From Gemmatimonadota bacterium (GTDB taxonomy: Bacteria; Gemmatimonadota; Gemmatimonadetes; Longimicrobiales; RSA9): a stretch of DNA of 64,000 bases. The notes under the pieces were generated by a model, which saw nothing but the letters and a program-made list of their open reading frames with translations, was not told the origin of the DNA and did no database searches. The stretch lies in the NCBI GenBank assembly GCA_040905425.1, contig JBBDRO010000032.1, positions 38,366 to 102,365 of the forward strand. The letters run 5' to 3'. Below, piece after piece: positions 9,736 to 19,407 of this stretch. The position numbers were made by a program, and so were the translations under genes. Each line of letters starts with the position of its first letter. The stretch's first letter is position 1.

Positions 9736-9777
9736 AAAAGAACGGCGGCGATCCCGTGATCGCCGCCGTTCTTTTCC
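9736..9777. terminator. bidirectional intrinsic terminator
   Basis: 16-bp arms AAGAACGGCGGCGATC/GATCGCCGCCGTTCTT (9738-9753/9758-9773), preceded by an A-run and followed by TTTTCC; between convergent genes 9330..9707(+) and 9794..10036(-). Confidence 0.8.
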
Positions 9778-9793
9778 TACAGCGCTGCCGGGG

Positions 9794-10036
9794 TCAGAAG
9801 TGCTCCGGACCCTCGCGCATCTGGAAGCGCCAGGTGCCGACCATGGCCACGATGCCCGCGGCGGCCAGCAGCAGGCCCACCAGGCCCCAGGCCAGCGCCC
9901 AGTCCGAGCGCTGATTGGCCCAGCCGCGCCAGGCGCTCCACAGCGAGGTGGCGGCCATGACCAGCCACAGGATGCCGATGCCGAAGCCTGCGGCCAGGCC
10001 GGCGGTGTGCTGGGGAAGCCGGTGCTCGTTGGACAT
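9794..10036 (-). CDS. small integral membrane protein (hypothetical)
   Basis: I use the internal ATG at 10036 (MSNEHRLPQ...); the 80-aa product has two clear hydrophobic helices; the upstream part of track ORF 9794..10189 looks non-coding. Confidence 0.5.
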   Translation of the reverse strand: MSNEHRLPQHTAGLAAGFGIGILWLVMAATSLWSAWRGWANQRSDWALAWGLVGLLLAAAGIVAMVGTWRFQMREGPEHF

Positions 10037-10197
10037 GCTCTCCTCGGGTCGGGTTCGCCGGCAATATAGGAGCGCGCCAGGGTTCGGCAAGGCGTGCGCT
10101 CGATGAGGGCGGCCGTTGCGCTCGGCCTTACCTGTGCGCATGCTAAGCTCCGTCCGCGCGCGCACGGAGCGCGGGCGGCACGCAGTCATGGAGGCGA

Positions 10198-10458
10198 ATG
10201 ATGGCCGTACGCATTGCCCCGCTCGAGGAAGGCACGCGCGTCAAGGTACGGCGCTCCAACCTGCCGATCGATCCCGCCGTGGTGGGCCGGTCCGGCACGG
10301 TGGTGGCGGCCAGCCCGTACCACGCGCATCGCCTGGGCGTGGTGCTGGACGGTGAGACACTGCCCCGCCAGTTCCGGCGCACCGAACTGGAAGTGGTGGC
10401 CGCCCCGGCCCTGCCGCGTGAGCGGGAGAGCGCCAAGAGCCGCTCCGCGCTACCCTGA
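10198..10458 (+). CDS. hypothetical protein
   Basis: 86-aa ORF; GGAGG about 8 nt upstream of the ATG pair at 10198/10201; high GC3. Confidence 0.5.
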   Translation: MMAVRIAPLEEGTRVKVRRSNLPIDPAVVGRSGTVVAASPYHAHRLGVVLDGETLPRQFRRTELEVVAAPALPRERESAKSRSALP

Positions 10459-10541
10459 AGGCCGTCGCACATGCCGGGGAGCACCGGGAACGTTCCGTGC
10501 ATGGCGGGGCCGTGCCCCACACAGAGCAGCCCAGGAGACGC

Positions 10542-10988
10542 ATGAGCACGCACACCGGAGAGAGTTCCGAGCCCGCCTCGGTGGAAGAGGCACGCCGCGC
10601 CGTGGAGGAGCGTCGCCGGCGCATGTCCGGTACGCTCGACGAGCTCGAGGACCGGATCGTGGAGGGGAAGGAAGAGCTGCAGCGGAAGGTGGACGTGCCG
10701 GGCCGCCTGCGGGATCGTGTCCTCGCGCGGCCGTGGGGCACCCTCGGCGTGGCCTTCGGCGTCGGCCTGGCTGTGGGTTTTCTCACCGGCGGATCCGGCG
10801 GCTCCGGCGGCTCCGTGGAGTACGACGAAGATGACGACGTGCACTACGTGGACCACCGCTTCGGCTTCTGGCGCACCGTACGCGCGCAGCTCGTGGGCGC
10901 CGCCATTGCCGCCCTCACCGAGGCAGTCCACGACCGGGTGGCCGGGCCGCACACCGCGCGCGAGCGGCCGGAGCCGGGCCAGGATTAG
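10542..10988 (+). CDS. DUF883/DUF3618-like membrane-anchored protein (hypothetical)
   Basis: Start at ATG 10542 preceded by AGGAGA; coiled N-terminus (MSGTLDELEDRIVEGKEELQRKV) followed by a single TM (WGTLGVAFGVGLAVGFLTGG). The family call is from the overall pattern only. Confidence 0.5.
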   Translation: MSTHTGESSEPASVEEARRAVEERRRRMSGTLDELEDRIVEGKEELQRKVDVPGRLRDRVLARPWGTLGVAFGVGLAVGFLTGGSGGSGGSVEYDEDDDVHYVDHRFGFWRTVRAQLVGAAIAALTEAVHDRVAGPHTARERPEPGQD

Positions 10989-11061
10989 CGGCTGCCTGCA
11001 GGCAAGGTGCCATGGGCGGGCACCAATGCGGGGATTGTGCCAGCGTTGTCCGGGCGTGCCG

Positions 11062-12297
11062 TCAGGGGCCGATGGGCTCGGGTCGCACCGCTAAATGCGC
11101 CGCCAGTCGCAGGGCCAGACGGGCCACCAGGGTCATGCCCGGTACGTCGATGAGTTCCGCGTCATCTTCGGGCTGGTGGTACTGGGGATGGGTCCCGGTG
11201 AAGAGGGCCAGGGCGGGGCGGCCGTGTTGCAGGAAGCAGCGGTGGTCGCTCCCGATGTAGCTGAGCGGCACGTAGCTGAGTCCCGGCTCGTGCCGTTCCA
11301 GCAGCCCCATCCAGACGCCGCCCGGGAGGGCACCCGCCAGGTAGACCGTGCCGCTCCGCAGCCGGCCGATCATGTCCAGGTTGAGCATGGCACTCACGCT
11401 GGCCAGGGGCACCAGGGGCTGCTGGCAGAAGTGATTGGATCCCACCAGCCCCGCCTCCTCGGCGCCGAACGCGATGAACATGAATGAGCGCCGGTCCGGC
11501 GTCCCGAAGCCGTCACCGGCGGCGTGGGCCGCCAACGCGCGGGCCAGTTCCAGCAGGGCCGCGGTGCCCGAGGCGTTGTCATCGGCGCCGTTGTGGATGA
11601 GGTCCTCCACGACGCCCAGGTGGTCGTAGTGGGCGCCGATCAGCACCCACTCGTCGCGCAGGGATCCCGTGCCCCGGACTACGCCGACCACGTTCTGCGA
11701 CGTGCCGGGAAATCGTACGCCGGTGAAGGGCTGAAACCAGACGTCATCCGTGAGCGCCGTGACGCCGTAGCGGATCAGTTCCGTCCGGATGTAGCCGGCC
11801 GCGCGCAACTCGTCGGGTGAGCCGTAGCGCCGGCCGCGCATGGAATCGTGGGCCAGCGCCGTCACGTGTGCCAGCAGACGGCTGCCGTCCAGATCCGGCA
11901 GCGGCAGCCCGGCGGTGGTGAAGGACCAGTGGGTGGTGGCCACCACGCCGTCCCCGTAGGTGATGCCCGGGCCCAGGTGGACCGTGTGGGTGCTGCCCGC
12001 ATCGAACGCGTCCAGCGGTGTCAGGACCACCGTGCGGGCATCGGGGCGGGACAGGCGGGTGGGTACGCGCACCCCTCCCCGCTCCACCCACGCCGCGGCC
12101 GGGGTGTCCGCCGGCAGGGCCACGGGCCAGCGGAAGACAATGTGGACGGCGCCGGTAAGCGGGACGCCCGTGGCCCCGGCGGCGGGCACGCGGCTCAGGA
12201 TGCCGGATGCGGAGGGTGGAGCCGTGGCGTCGCGGCCGCACGCGGCCAGTGCCAGGCAGAGCAGGAAGATGCGTACGCGGCCCGCGGACCTCCTCAT
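11062..12297 (-). CDS. M28 family metallopeptidase lipoprotein with N-terminal Ig-like domain
   Basis: 411 aa; lipobox LALAAC; GAHYDH and GADDNASGTAALLELARAL zinc-ligand motifs of M28 aminopeptidases; the first ~130 aa resemble a bacterial Ig-like domain. Confidence 0.85.
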   Translation of the reverse strand: MRRSAGRVRIFLLCLALAACGRDATAPPSASGILSRVPAAGATGVPLTGAVHIVFRWPVALPADTPAAAWVERGGVRVPTRLSRPDARTVVLTPLDAFDAGSTHTVHLGPGITYGDGVVATTHWSFTTAGLPLPDLDGSRLLAHVTALAHDSMRGRRYGSPDELRAAGYIRTELIRYGVTALTDDVWFQPFTGVRFPGTSQNVVGVVRGTGSLRDEWVLIGAHYDHLGVVEDLIHNGADDNASGTAALLELARALAAHAAGDGFGTPDRRSFMFIAFGAEEAGLVGSNHFCQQPLVPLASVSAMLNLDMIGRLRSGTVYLAGALPGGVWMGLLERHEPGLSYVPLSYIGSDHRCFLQHGRPALALFTGTHPQYHQPEDDAELIDVPGMTLVARLALRLAAHLAVRPEPIGP

Positions 12298-12319
12298 GCC
12301 ACCCGCCTAGCCCGCCGCC

Positions 12320-12784
12320 TCAGAAGGGCAGGTCGTCATCCTCCACCTCGAAAGGCGAGGGCGCTGCCTGCCCGCCGCCCTGCTGTGGACGCCGTTGCGG
12401 GCTCTGGTCGTAGCTCCCGCCGCCCCCGCCCCCGCCCCCGCCGGACCCGCTCTGGCTCCCCAGCATCACCATCTCCCGGACCACGATGTCCGTCCAGTAG
12501 CGCGGCTGGCCCTTGTCATCCTCGGTCTGGCTGTACTCCAGGCGGCCTTCCACGTAGAGGCGGTCCCCCTTGTGGATGTACTGCTCCACCAGCTCGGCCA
12601 GCTTGTCGAAGAAGGTGAGGCGGTGCCACTCGGTCTTCTCCTGCTGTTGTCCCGAGCGGTCCGAGAAGGTGCGGTTCGTGGCCAGGCTGACCTTGGCGAT
12701 CTTGGTGCCGCCGCCGGTGGTGCGCATCTCGGGCTCCGCGCCCACGTTGCCGATGAGCATGACCTTGTTCAGGGACCGAGCCAT
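12320..12784 (-). CDS. ssb: single-stranded DNA-binding protein
   Basis: Start at ATG 12784 (MARSLNKVMLIGNVGAEPEMR); OB-fold motifs, Gly-rich linker and canonical acidic tail DDDLPF; the longer track ORF (to 12940) runs through a tandem repeat and is rejected. Confidence 0.92.
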   Translation of the reverse strand: MARSLNKVMLIGNVGAEPEMRTTGGGTKIAKVSLATNRTFSDRSGQQQEKTEWHRLTFFDKLAELVEQYIHKGDRLYVEGRLEYSQTEDDKGQPRYWTDIVVREMVMLGSQSGSGGGGGGGGGSYDQSPQRRPQQGGGQAAPSPFEVEDDDLPF

Positions 12785-12841
12785 GGGGCGTGCCTTTCGG
12801 TGGATTGGGTGTTCGGGTGTCCTCGCGGCCAAGATAGTGCG

Positions 12842-12915
12842 GGGCGCCGCCCGGGGGTAGGCGGGCGCCGCCCGAGGGTAGGCGGGCGCCGTCCGGGGGA
12901 AGCGGGCGCCGGCCG
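12842..12915. repeat. about 3.5 tandem copies of a 21-bp GC-rich unit
   Basis: GGGCGCCGCCCGGGGGTAGGC (12842-12862), GGGCGCCGCCCGAGGGTAGGC (12863-12883), GGGCGCCGTCCGGGGGAAGC (12884-12903) and a partial fourth copy; lies in the divergent ssb / AI-2E intergenic region. Confidence 0.9.
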
Positions 12916-12982
12916 GCGCGACGGCGCGAGCCCATGGCACACCGCGTGCTTCCCAGCCAGCCGACTTCAGCCCAGGAGGGTC

Positions 12983-13872
12983 ATGAGCCGCACCGAGCCC
13001 GCACCGCCCACGCGCGTGGACCTGGCCTTCGTGGCCCGCGCCACGCTGATCGTGATCGGTCTCTGGGCGCTGGCGAGCGGGCTCTGGCTGGGCCGCGACA
13101 TCCTCTTCGTCACGCTCTTCGCGCTGCTGGTGGGGCTCTTTCTCTCCCTCTTCGTGGGTCCGCTCGTAAAGCTGGGCGTGCCGCGCCAGGTGGCGGCGCC
13201 GCCGGCATGGAGGAGCAGGTGCGCACCCGCATGAACCAGCAGCTGGTGGAGGTGGTGAGCGGCTCCCTGCCGCTCCTGAACAACGTCTTCGGTATACTCT
13301 CCGGCATGTTCCTGGTGATCTTCGCGGGCTTCTTCGTGGCTGTCTCTCCGGCCACCTACCGGCGCGGCATGGAGCTGCTCGTGCCCGCCAGCCATCGCGC
13401 CCTGGCCGCCGACGTGTTGTCGGAGATTGCCACCACGCTGCGCCATTGGATCAAGGGCGCGGCCACGGCCATGCTCATCATCGGCGTGCTGAACGCCGTG
13501 GGCCTGACGGCGCTGGGTGTGCCCGCGGCGCTGGCGCTGGGCCTCTTCGCGGGCCTCATGGCCTTCATTCCGTTCCTGGGGCCCGTCCTGGGGATGATCC
13601 CCGCGCTCGGCGTGGCCCTCACCATTTCACCGCAGAAGGCGCTCTACGTGTTCTTCCTCTACCTGGCCATCCAGGTAGTGGAATCCAACCTCATCACGCC
13701 GCTCCTCATGAAGGGCATGGTCAAGCTGGAACCGGCGCTGACCATCCTCTTTCAGGCCTTCATGGCCGCCCTCTTCGGCATCCTGGGCCTGGCGCTGGCA
13801 GTGCCTCTGCTGGCCATCCTCAAGGTGCTGGTGAACCGGCTCTACGTGGAGCGCGTGGCCAACGCCCACTGA
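12983..13872 (+). pseudogene. AI-2E (PerM/YdiK) family transporter, apparently disrupted by an internal deletion and frameshift
   Basis: The N-terminal ~70 aa (MSRTEP...FVGPLVKLGVPRQVAA) are in frame 2 and stop at 13234. The rest (from about 13200: ...YRRGMELLVP...GLFAGLMAFIPFLGPVLGMIP...) is in frame 1 to 13872. Together they total about 296 aa, against 419 aa for the intact paralogue at 49987. Confidence 0.5.
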
Positions 13873-13878
13873 CCTCCC

Positions 13879-14718
13879 TCAGATCCCGGCGCGGCTCCGA
13901 TAAGCCTCCTGGAGCCGCTCCGTCAGCGGGCCGCGCGCACCCCCGGCCACCTGCCTGCCGTCCACCGTGGCAATGGGCATGACCTCGGTGGTGGTGCCCG
14001 ACAGGAAGAGTTCGTCCGCGCGCCAGAATTCGTCCCAGAACATGGGCCGCTCCTCGGCCGGGATGCCCAGCTCCGCCGCCATGTCCAGCACCAGCTGGCG
14101 GGTGATGCCCGGCAGGATGTAGTTGCTGCGCGGATAGGTCACCAGCGTGCCGTTCAGCACGGCAAAGAGATTGGCGTGCGATCCCTCCGCCACCACGCCG
14201 TCGCGCACGAAGAGCGCTTCGAAGCCGCCAGCCGCGTGGGCCGCCTGGTTGGCCAGCACGTTGGGCAGGAGCGCAATGGACTTGATGTCACAGCGCGTCC
14301 AGCGCGTGTCCGGCACGGTGATGCACGCCACGCCCCGCTCCATGTATTCCGCCGGGTAGCCCTTGAACGGCTTGGCGGTCAGGTAGAGCGTGGGCCGCAC
14401 GGCCGAGGTGGGGAAGGCGTGCGTGCGCGGCGCCACGCCGCGCGTGACTTGCAGGTAGATGGTGCCGTCCCCGTCCACGCCGTTCTCGGCAATGAGACGC
14501 TCGGCGATTCCCGGGATCTCCGCCACCAGTTCGGCATCGATCTGCAGCGCGCCGAGCCCGTTGCGCAGACGCGCCATGTGCTCGTTCATGAGGAACGGCT
14601 TCCCCCCGTAGAGCCGCACCACCTCGTAGACGCCATCGGCAAAGAGAAAACCACGGTCGTCCACGGGCACGCGCGCTTCCGCCGCGTCCACCACCTGGCC
14701 GTTCAGATAGACCTTCAT
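13879..14718 (-). CDS. class IV (D-amino-acid/branched-chain) aminotransferase
   Basis: 279 aa from ATG 14718, with AGGAGG 8 nt upstream; RGFLFADGVYEV, NEHMARL, EGSHANLF and GITR motifs of fold-type IV PLP enzymes, most like D-alanine aminotransferase. Confidence 0.85.
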   Translation of the reverse strand: MKVYLNGQVVDAAEARVPVDDRGFLFADGVYEVVRLYGGKPFLMNEHMARLRNGLGALQIDAELVAEIPGIAERLIAENGVDGDGTIYLQVTRGVAPRTHAFPTSAVRPTLYLTAKPFKGYPAEYMERGVACITVPDTRWTRCDIKSIALLPNVLANQAAHAAGGFEALFVRDGVVAEGSHANLFAVLNGTLVTYPRSNYILPGITRQLVLDMAAELGIPAEERPMFWDEFWRADELFLSGTTTEVMPIATVDGRQVAGGARGPLTERLQEAYRSRAGI

Positions 14719-14796
14719 GTCCCCCACTCCTCCTGTTCATCTCTCAAGCGACGTCCCCCATTCACCATCATCCGCGCGCCGGCTCCGCGGCGCGCG

Positions 14797-15618
14797 CTAC
14801 GCACGCACGGCGCGCACTACCTCCACCAGACGCCGTACCCGGTCGGCTTCCACCGGCCCGCCCGCGCGTCCGTCCCGCTGCAGCGCGCTCCCCACGATGG
14901 CGCCGTCGGCCAGCGGCAGGAGCGCGGCCGCGTTCTCCGGGCCCAGTCCGCTGCCCACGAGCAGCGGCGCCTCGGGCACGGCCGCGCGCGCGGCGCGCAG
15001 GCTCTCGGTGTCCGTGGCGGCGCCGGTGGCCTCCCCTGAGACCACCAGCGCGTCGGCGCGGCCGCGTTCCCAGGCGTCGGCGGCGGCCCGCTCCACGCTC
15101 AGGCCGTGCGGCGGCACGGCGTGCTTCACGAGCACGTCGGCCAGAATGGCCACCTCCACGCCCAGCGCGGCACGCACGCGCAGCGTCTCGTGCGCCCGGC
15201 CCTCGAGGGTGCCCTGGTCGGTGAGCATGGTGCCGGTGTGCACGTTGACGCGGATGAAGCCTGCGCCGGTGGCGGCGGCCACGCCGAGCGCGGCCCGGGC
15301 GTCATTGCGCAGCGCGTTCACGCCTACGGGGAGGGATACCGCCCCGCGCACCAGGCGCGTGAGCGCGGCGAGCGCCGCCACCGTTTCGGCCGGGAGGGCG
15401 CCCGGATGGAAGGGCACGTCGTGGTAGTTCTCCACCAGCACCGCGTCGGCGCCGCCCGCCGCGAGCGCCTCGGCGTCGCGTCCGGCCCGGTCCTCCACGG
15501 CCGCCATGCTGCCACCCCACCCCGGTGCGCCCGGCAGCGGCAGGAGGTGGATCATGCCGATGACGGCGAAGGGGGCGTCGAAGAGGAGGGGGACGCGCGC
15601 GAGCGGGTCGCGGTTCAT
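14797..15618 (-). CDS. BtpA/SgcQ family protein
   Basis: 273 aa from ATG 15618 (MNRDPLARVPLLFDAPFAVIGMIHLLPLPGAPGW...); TIM-barrel BtpA signature. The 810-aa track ORF is an upstream shadow extension. Confidence 0.8.
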   Translation of the reverse strand: MNRDPLARVPLLFDAPFAVIGMIHLLPLPGAPGWGGSMAAVEDRAGRDAEALAAGGADAVLVENYHDVPFHPGALPAETVAALAALTRLVRGAVSLPVGVNALRNDARAALGVAAATGAGFIRVNVHTGTMLTDQGTLEGRAHETLRVRAALGVEVAILADVLVKHAVPPHGLSVERAAADAWERGRADALVVSGEATGAATDTESLRAARAAVPEAPLLVGSGLGPENAAALLPLADGAIVGSALQRDGRAGGPVEADRVRRLVEVVRAVRA

Positions 15619-15768
15619 GGCCGTGGCAACGGCCGCGGATGCATGGGCACGGGGCGAATCTGCGCTGCCCGCCCGCGTAGCACAACGGGGGCCTTCGGCA
15701 CGGCGGTTGCCTGCCTGCCGTGTGGACGTAGCTTCCGCACCCGCGCGCTTCCCCTTGCCCGGAGCCCC

Positions 15769-18408
15769 ATGGCCGATCCGCCCCGCCTGACGCACCTGCC
15801 CACCCATGAACGCACCCTGGACAACGGCCTCAGGGTCATCGTGCGGGAGGCCCACGACGCGCCCGTGGTGAGCATCGTGACGTACGTGCAGGCCGGCTAC
15901 TTCGACGAGCCGGACACGCTGGTGGGCATCAGCCACGTGCTCGAGCACATGTACTTCAAGGGCACGGAGCGGCGCGGCCCGGGGGACATGGCGCGGGAGA
16001 CTAAGGCGGCGGGGGGCTACCTGAACGCGGGCACCATCTACGACCATACCTCCTACTACACCGTGCTGCCGGCCGCCTCGCTGGAGCAGGGGCTGGACAT
16101 CCAGAGTGACGCGCTGCGGGCCTCCGCCATCGACCCGGACGAGCTGGCGCGTGAGCTCCAGGTCATCATCCAGGAGGCCAAGCGGAAGCTGGACACACCG
16201 CCAGCCGTCTCCCAGGAGAGCCTCTTCGAGACGCTCTTCGATGTGCATCGCATCCGCCGCTGGCGCATCGGCAAAGAGGAGATGCTGGCCGGCTTCACCC
16301 GGCAGGACGTGTGGGACTTCTACCGCCAACTCTACCGCGCCCCCAACGTGATCCTGGTAATCGCGGGGGACGTGGAGCCGGCGGAGGTGTTTGCCCTGGC
16401 CGAGCGCTACTACGGTGAGCTGCCGGGTGGGCAGCCGGGGCGGAGTTCGGGTCCGGAGGAGCCGCCGCGCACGGGCCTGCGCTGCCGCGAGATGGAGGGG
16501 GAGATCACGCGCGCCTACCTGGAGTGGGGGTGGCGCACGCCCGGCGCCCTGCACGAGGACACGCCGGCGCTGGACGCGCTCTCGGTGGCGCTCGGCCAGG
16601 GGCGCGCCTCCCGCCTCTACCGGGCCGTGCGCGAGGCGGGGCTGGTCAGTGCCGCCAGCGCGTTCAACTACACGCCCGGCCAGGTGGGCGTCTTCGGCCT
16701 GAGCGCCGAGCTCGACCCGACCGGCACCGCGGCGGCGGTGGACGCCATGGCCGCCACCGTGCGGAGCTGCGTGGAGCGGCCCATCACCAGCGCCGAGGCC
16801 GCGCGCGCGCGCACCATCCTGGAGGCGCGCATGCTGCGCCGCCTGGAGACCGCCGAGGGCCAGGCCAACCTCATTGCCGAGTGGGAGGCGGAGGGGGACT
16901 GGCGGCTGGCGGATGACTACCTGGCGCGCATCCAGGCGCTCACCGCGGCCGATCTGGTGCGGGTGGCGGAGCGCTACCTGGCGGTGGCGCACGCCACCGT
17001 GCTGCTCTACCGCCCGCGCGCCGCCGCGGCCACCGGGTGGGACGCGGCCGGGATGGCCGATCGTCTCCGGGACGCGGGGCTGCCAGCGGGCGTGGAGCTT
17101 CCGGGGGACGTCGCTTTCCCGGAGACGGCCGCGCTGGCGCCCGCTGCGGTGCGGACCGAGCGCGTGGAGGATGGGGTCCACTTTTTCGGCACGGAGCACG
17201 GCGCGCGGGTGGTGGTGCTGCCGCGCCACGGCGCGCCGCTGGTCACGCTGGCGCTGGCGGTGCGCGGCGGGGCGCTGGAGGAGGACGCCGCCACCTCGGG
17301 GATCACGGGGCTGCTGGCGCGGGCGTCCGTGAAGGGCACCACGTCACGGAACGCCGAGGTCATGGCCAGCGCCACCGAGGCGCTGGGCGGCTCCATCGGG
17401 GCCGACGTGGGCTCCGACACGCTGCACTGGCGGCTCTCGGTGCCCGCTCGGCACTTCGCCACGGCGACCGACCTGCTGCTGGACACGGCGCTCCGGCCCG
17501 CGTTGCCCGCCGCGGCCGTGGCGCGCGAGCGGGAGGTGGCGCTGGCGGAGCTGGCCCAGCTGCGCGATGACATGGGCCGCTACCCGGGGCGCCTGCTCAT
17601 GCAGGCCGCCTTTCCCGGCCACCCCTACGGCTGGGCGCTGGAGGAGCGCGAGGCTGCGCTGGCGGGGTTGGAGCGCGACGCCGTGGCGGCGTGGCACCTG
17701 CGGCGCGTGCGCCAGGCCCCAATCACGGTGCTGGTGGTGGGGGACGTGGAGCCCGAGGCGGCGGCCGCGCGCGTGGCCGCCCATCTGGGCGTGCCCGACG
17801 GCGTGGCGGAGGAGCCGCGGCGGCCGGCACCGCCGTGGCCCGCCACGCCGCACAGTGAGGCCGTGCAGCTGGACAAGGCGCAGACGGCGCTGGCGCTGGG
17901 CTTCCCCGGCCCGGCCCGGAACGAGGCCGACGTGGAGGAGCTGCGCGTGCTGTCCGCGGCCGTGGCCGGCCTGGGCGGGCGCATGTTCGAGGAGCTGCGC
18001 AGCCGGCGCTCGCTGGCCTACAGCGTGGCGGCCTATCCCGTGGCCCGCTGGCGGGCCGGGTGCTTCGTGGCCTACATAGCCACCTCACCGGAGCGCGAGG
18101 CGGAGGCGCGCGCGGGGCTGCTGGAGGAGCTGGAAGGGCTGCGGCGCGAGCTCCTGCCGGAGGAGGAGGTGGAGCGCGCCCGCCGCTACCTCATCGGCGC
18201 CTGGCAGATTCGCCAGCAGACGAACGGCGCCCGCCTCTCCGACCTCATGGACGTCCTGCTGGTGGGGGAGGGACTGGAGGAGCTGCGCAGCTTCGAGGCA
18301 CGCATCCGCCGCGTCACCGCGGAAGGCATGCGGGCCGCCGCGGAGCGCTGGCTGGACCCCGCCCGCATGGTGGAGGGCGTGGTGCGGGGCAGCGGCGGCG
18401 GCAGGTAG
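15769..18408 (+). CDS. M16 family zinc peptidase, fused double unit (PqqL-like)
   Basis: 879 aa from ATG 15769; HxxEH zinc motif (GISHVLEHMYFKGT) in the first half and a second M16-like half (GLLARASVKGT...). The track ORF start at 15106 is a shadow extension. Confidence 0.88.
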   Translation: MADPPRLTHLPTHERTLDNGLRVIVREAHDAPVVSIVTYVQAGYFDEPDTLVGISHVLEHMYFKGTERRGPGDMARETKAAGGYLNAGTIYDHTSYYTVLPAASLEQGLDIQSDALRASAIDPDELARELQVIIQEAKRKLDTPPAVSQESLFETLFDVHRIRRWRIGKEEMLAGFTRQDVWDFYRQLYRAPNVILVIAGDVEPAEVFALAERYYGELPGGQPGRSSGPEEPPRTGLRCREMEGEITRAYLEWGWRTPGALHEDTPALDALSVALGQGRASRLYRAVREAGLVSAASAFNYTPGQVGVFGLSAELDPTGTAAAVDAMAATVRSCVERPITSAEAARARTILEARMLRRLETAEGQANLIAEWEAEGDWRLADDYLARIQALTAADLVRVAERYLAVAHATVLLYRPRAAAATGWDAAGMADRLRDAGLPAGVELPGDVAFPETAALAPAAVRTERVEDGVHFFGTEHGARVVVLPRHGAPLVTLALAVRGGALEEDAATSGITGLLARASVKGTTSRNAEVMASATEALGGSIGADVGSDTLHWRLSVPARHFATATDLLLDTALRPALPAAAVAREREVALAELAQLRDDMGRYPGRLLMQAAFPGHPYGWALEEREAALAGLERDAVAAWHLRRVRQAPITVLVVGDVEPEAAAARVAAHLGVPDGVAEEPRRPAPPWPATPHSEAVQLDKAQTALALGFPGPARNEADVEELRVLSAAVAGLGGRMFEELRSRRSLAYSVAAYPVARWRAGCFVAYIATSPEREAEARAGLLEELEGLRRELLPEEEVERARRYLIGAWQIRQQTNGARLSDLMDVLLVGEGLEELRSFEARIRRVTAEGMRAAAERWLDPARMVEGVVRGSGGGR

Positions 18409-18490
18409 CCCGCGCACGTTTGCTCGTACGCACGCGCGCGCGTAAATTGCGCCCCGGTTCCCACACTGCCCCCCTGGCCGCGTGCTGCCC

Positions 18491-19279
18491 ATGGCCTCGT
18501 TCGAATATGTGACCCTCGAGAAGCGGGACGGCGTGGCCGTCCTGACCGTCAATCGCCCCGACAAACTGAACGCCCTGAACGCCGCCACCATCGCGGAGCT
18601 GGACCGCGCGGTGCGGGACGTGGCGGAGGACGAAGACGTCCGCGGTCTGCTGGTGACCGGCGCTGGACAGAAGGCCTTCGTGGCTGGCGCCGACATCGGT
18701 GAGCTGGCCCGGATGGGGCCGCTCTCCGGCGTCCAGGTATCGCGCCAGGGCCAGGCCACCTTCCGCATGCTGGAGCGGCTGCCCAAGCCAGTGGTAGCCG
18801 CGGTCAACGGCTTTGCGCTGGGCGGCGGGCTGGAGCTGGCGCTCGCCTGCCACATGCGCGTGGCCTCGAGCAACGCCAAATTCGGGCTGCCGGAGGTGAA
18901 GCTGGGCATCATCCCCGGCTACGGCGGCACGCTGCGTCTGCCGCGCCTGGTGGGGCGCGGCCGCGCGCTGGAGCTCATCCTCACGGGGGAGATGATCGAC
19001 GCCGCCGAGGCCCACCGCATCGGGCTGGTGAACCGTGTGGTGGAGGACGCGGCACGGGTGGTGGAGGAGGCGGAGGCGCTGCTCCGCAAGATCACGGGCA
19101 ACGGCCCCGTGGCGCTGGCCATGGCGCTGGAGGCGGTGGACCACGGCATGAGCGCCACCGTGGAGGAGGCGCAGGTGCTGGAGTCCAACCTCTTCGGTCT
19201 GCTGGCCTCCACGGCGGACATGCGCGAGGGGATGGCGGCGTTCCTGGAGAAGCGGCAAGCGGCGTTCGAGGGGCGCTGA
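18491..19279 (+). CDS. enoyl-CoA hydratase (crotonase family)
   Basis: 262 aa; VAVLTVNRPDKLNALN, AFVAGADI and GFALGGGLELALACHMR crotonase motifs. Confidence 0.9.
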   Translation: MASFEYVTLEKRDGVAVLTVNRPDKLNALNAATIAELDRAVRDVAEDEDVRGLLVTGAGQKAFVAGADIGELARMGPLSGVQVSRQGQATFRMLERLPKPVVAAVNGFALGGGLELALACHMRVASSNAKFGLPEVKLGIIPGYGGTLRLPRLVGRGRALELILTGEMIDAAEAHRIGLVNRVVEDAARVVEEAEALLRKITGNGPVALAMALEAVDHGMSATVEEAQVLESNLFGLLASTADMREGMAAFLEKRQAAFEGR

Positions 19280-19407
19280 GCGGGGCGGCGCTGGCCGGTT
19301 CCCCGCTGGCCGATTCGGCCATGGACGCGCCCGGGGCGTGGGCCCATCCTGCGTGCGGGGGGTGCCCGCTGGCCTCACACGCGCGCGCGAGCTAGATTCA
19401 GGGCTAC

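Noticed and set aside
12842-12915. Possible CRISPR-like array (also considered for 28246..28320)
   Set aside because: The repeats are directly abutting tandem copies with no unique spacers. The units are only 16-21 bp, and there are no cas genes in the window.
15619-17229. N-terminal 536-aa extension of the BtpA ORF (track ORF 14797..17229), and the 15106..15768 extension of the M16 ORF
   Set aside because: The two extensions run antisense through each other's real coding regions. Family similarity begins at the internal ATGs 15618 (BtpA) and 15769 (M16).
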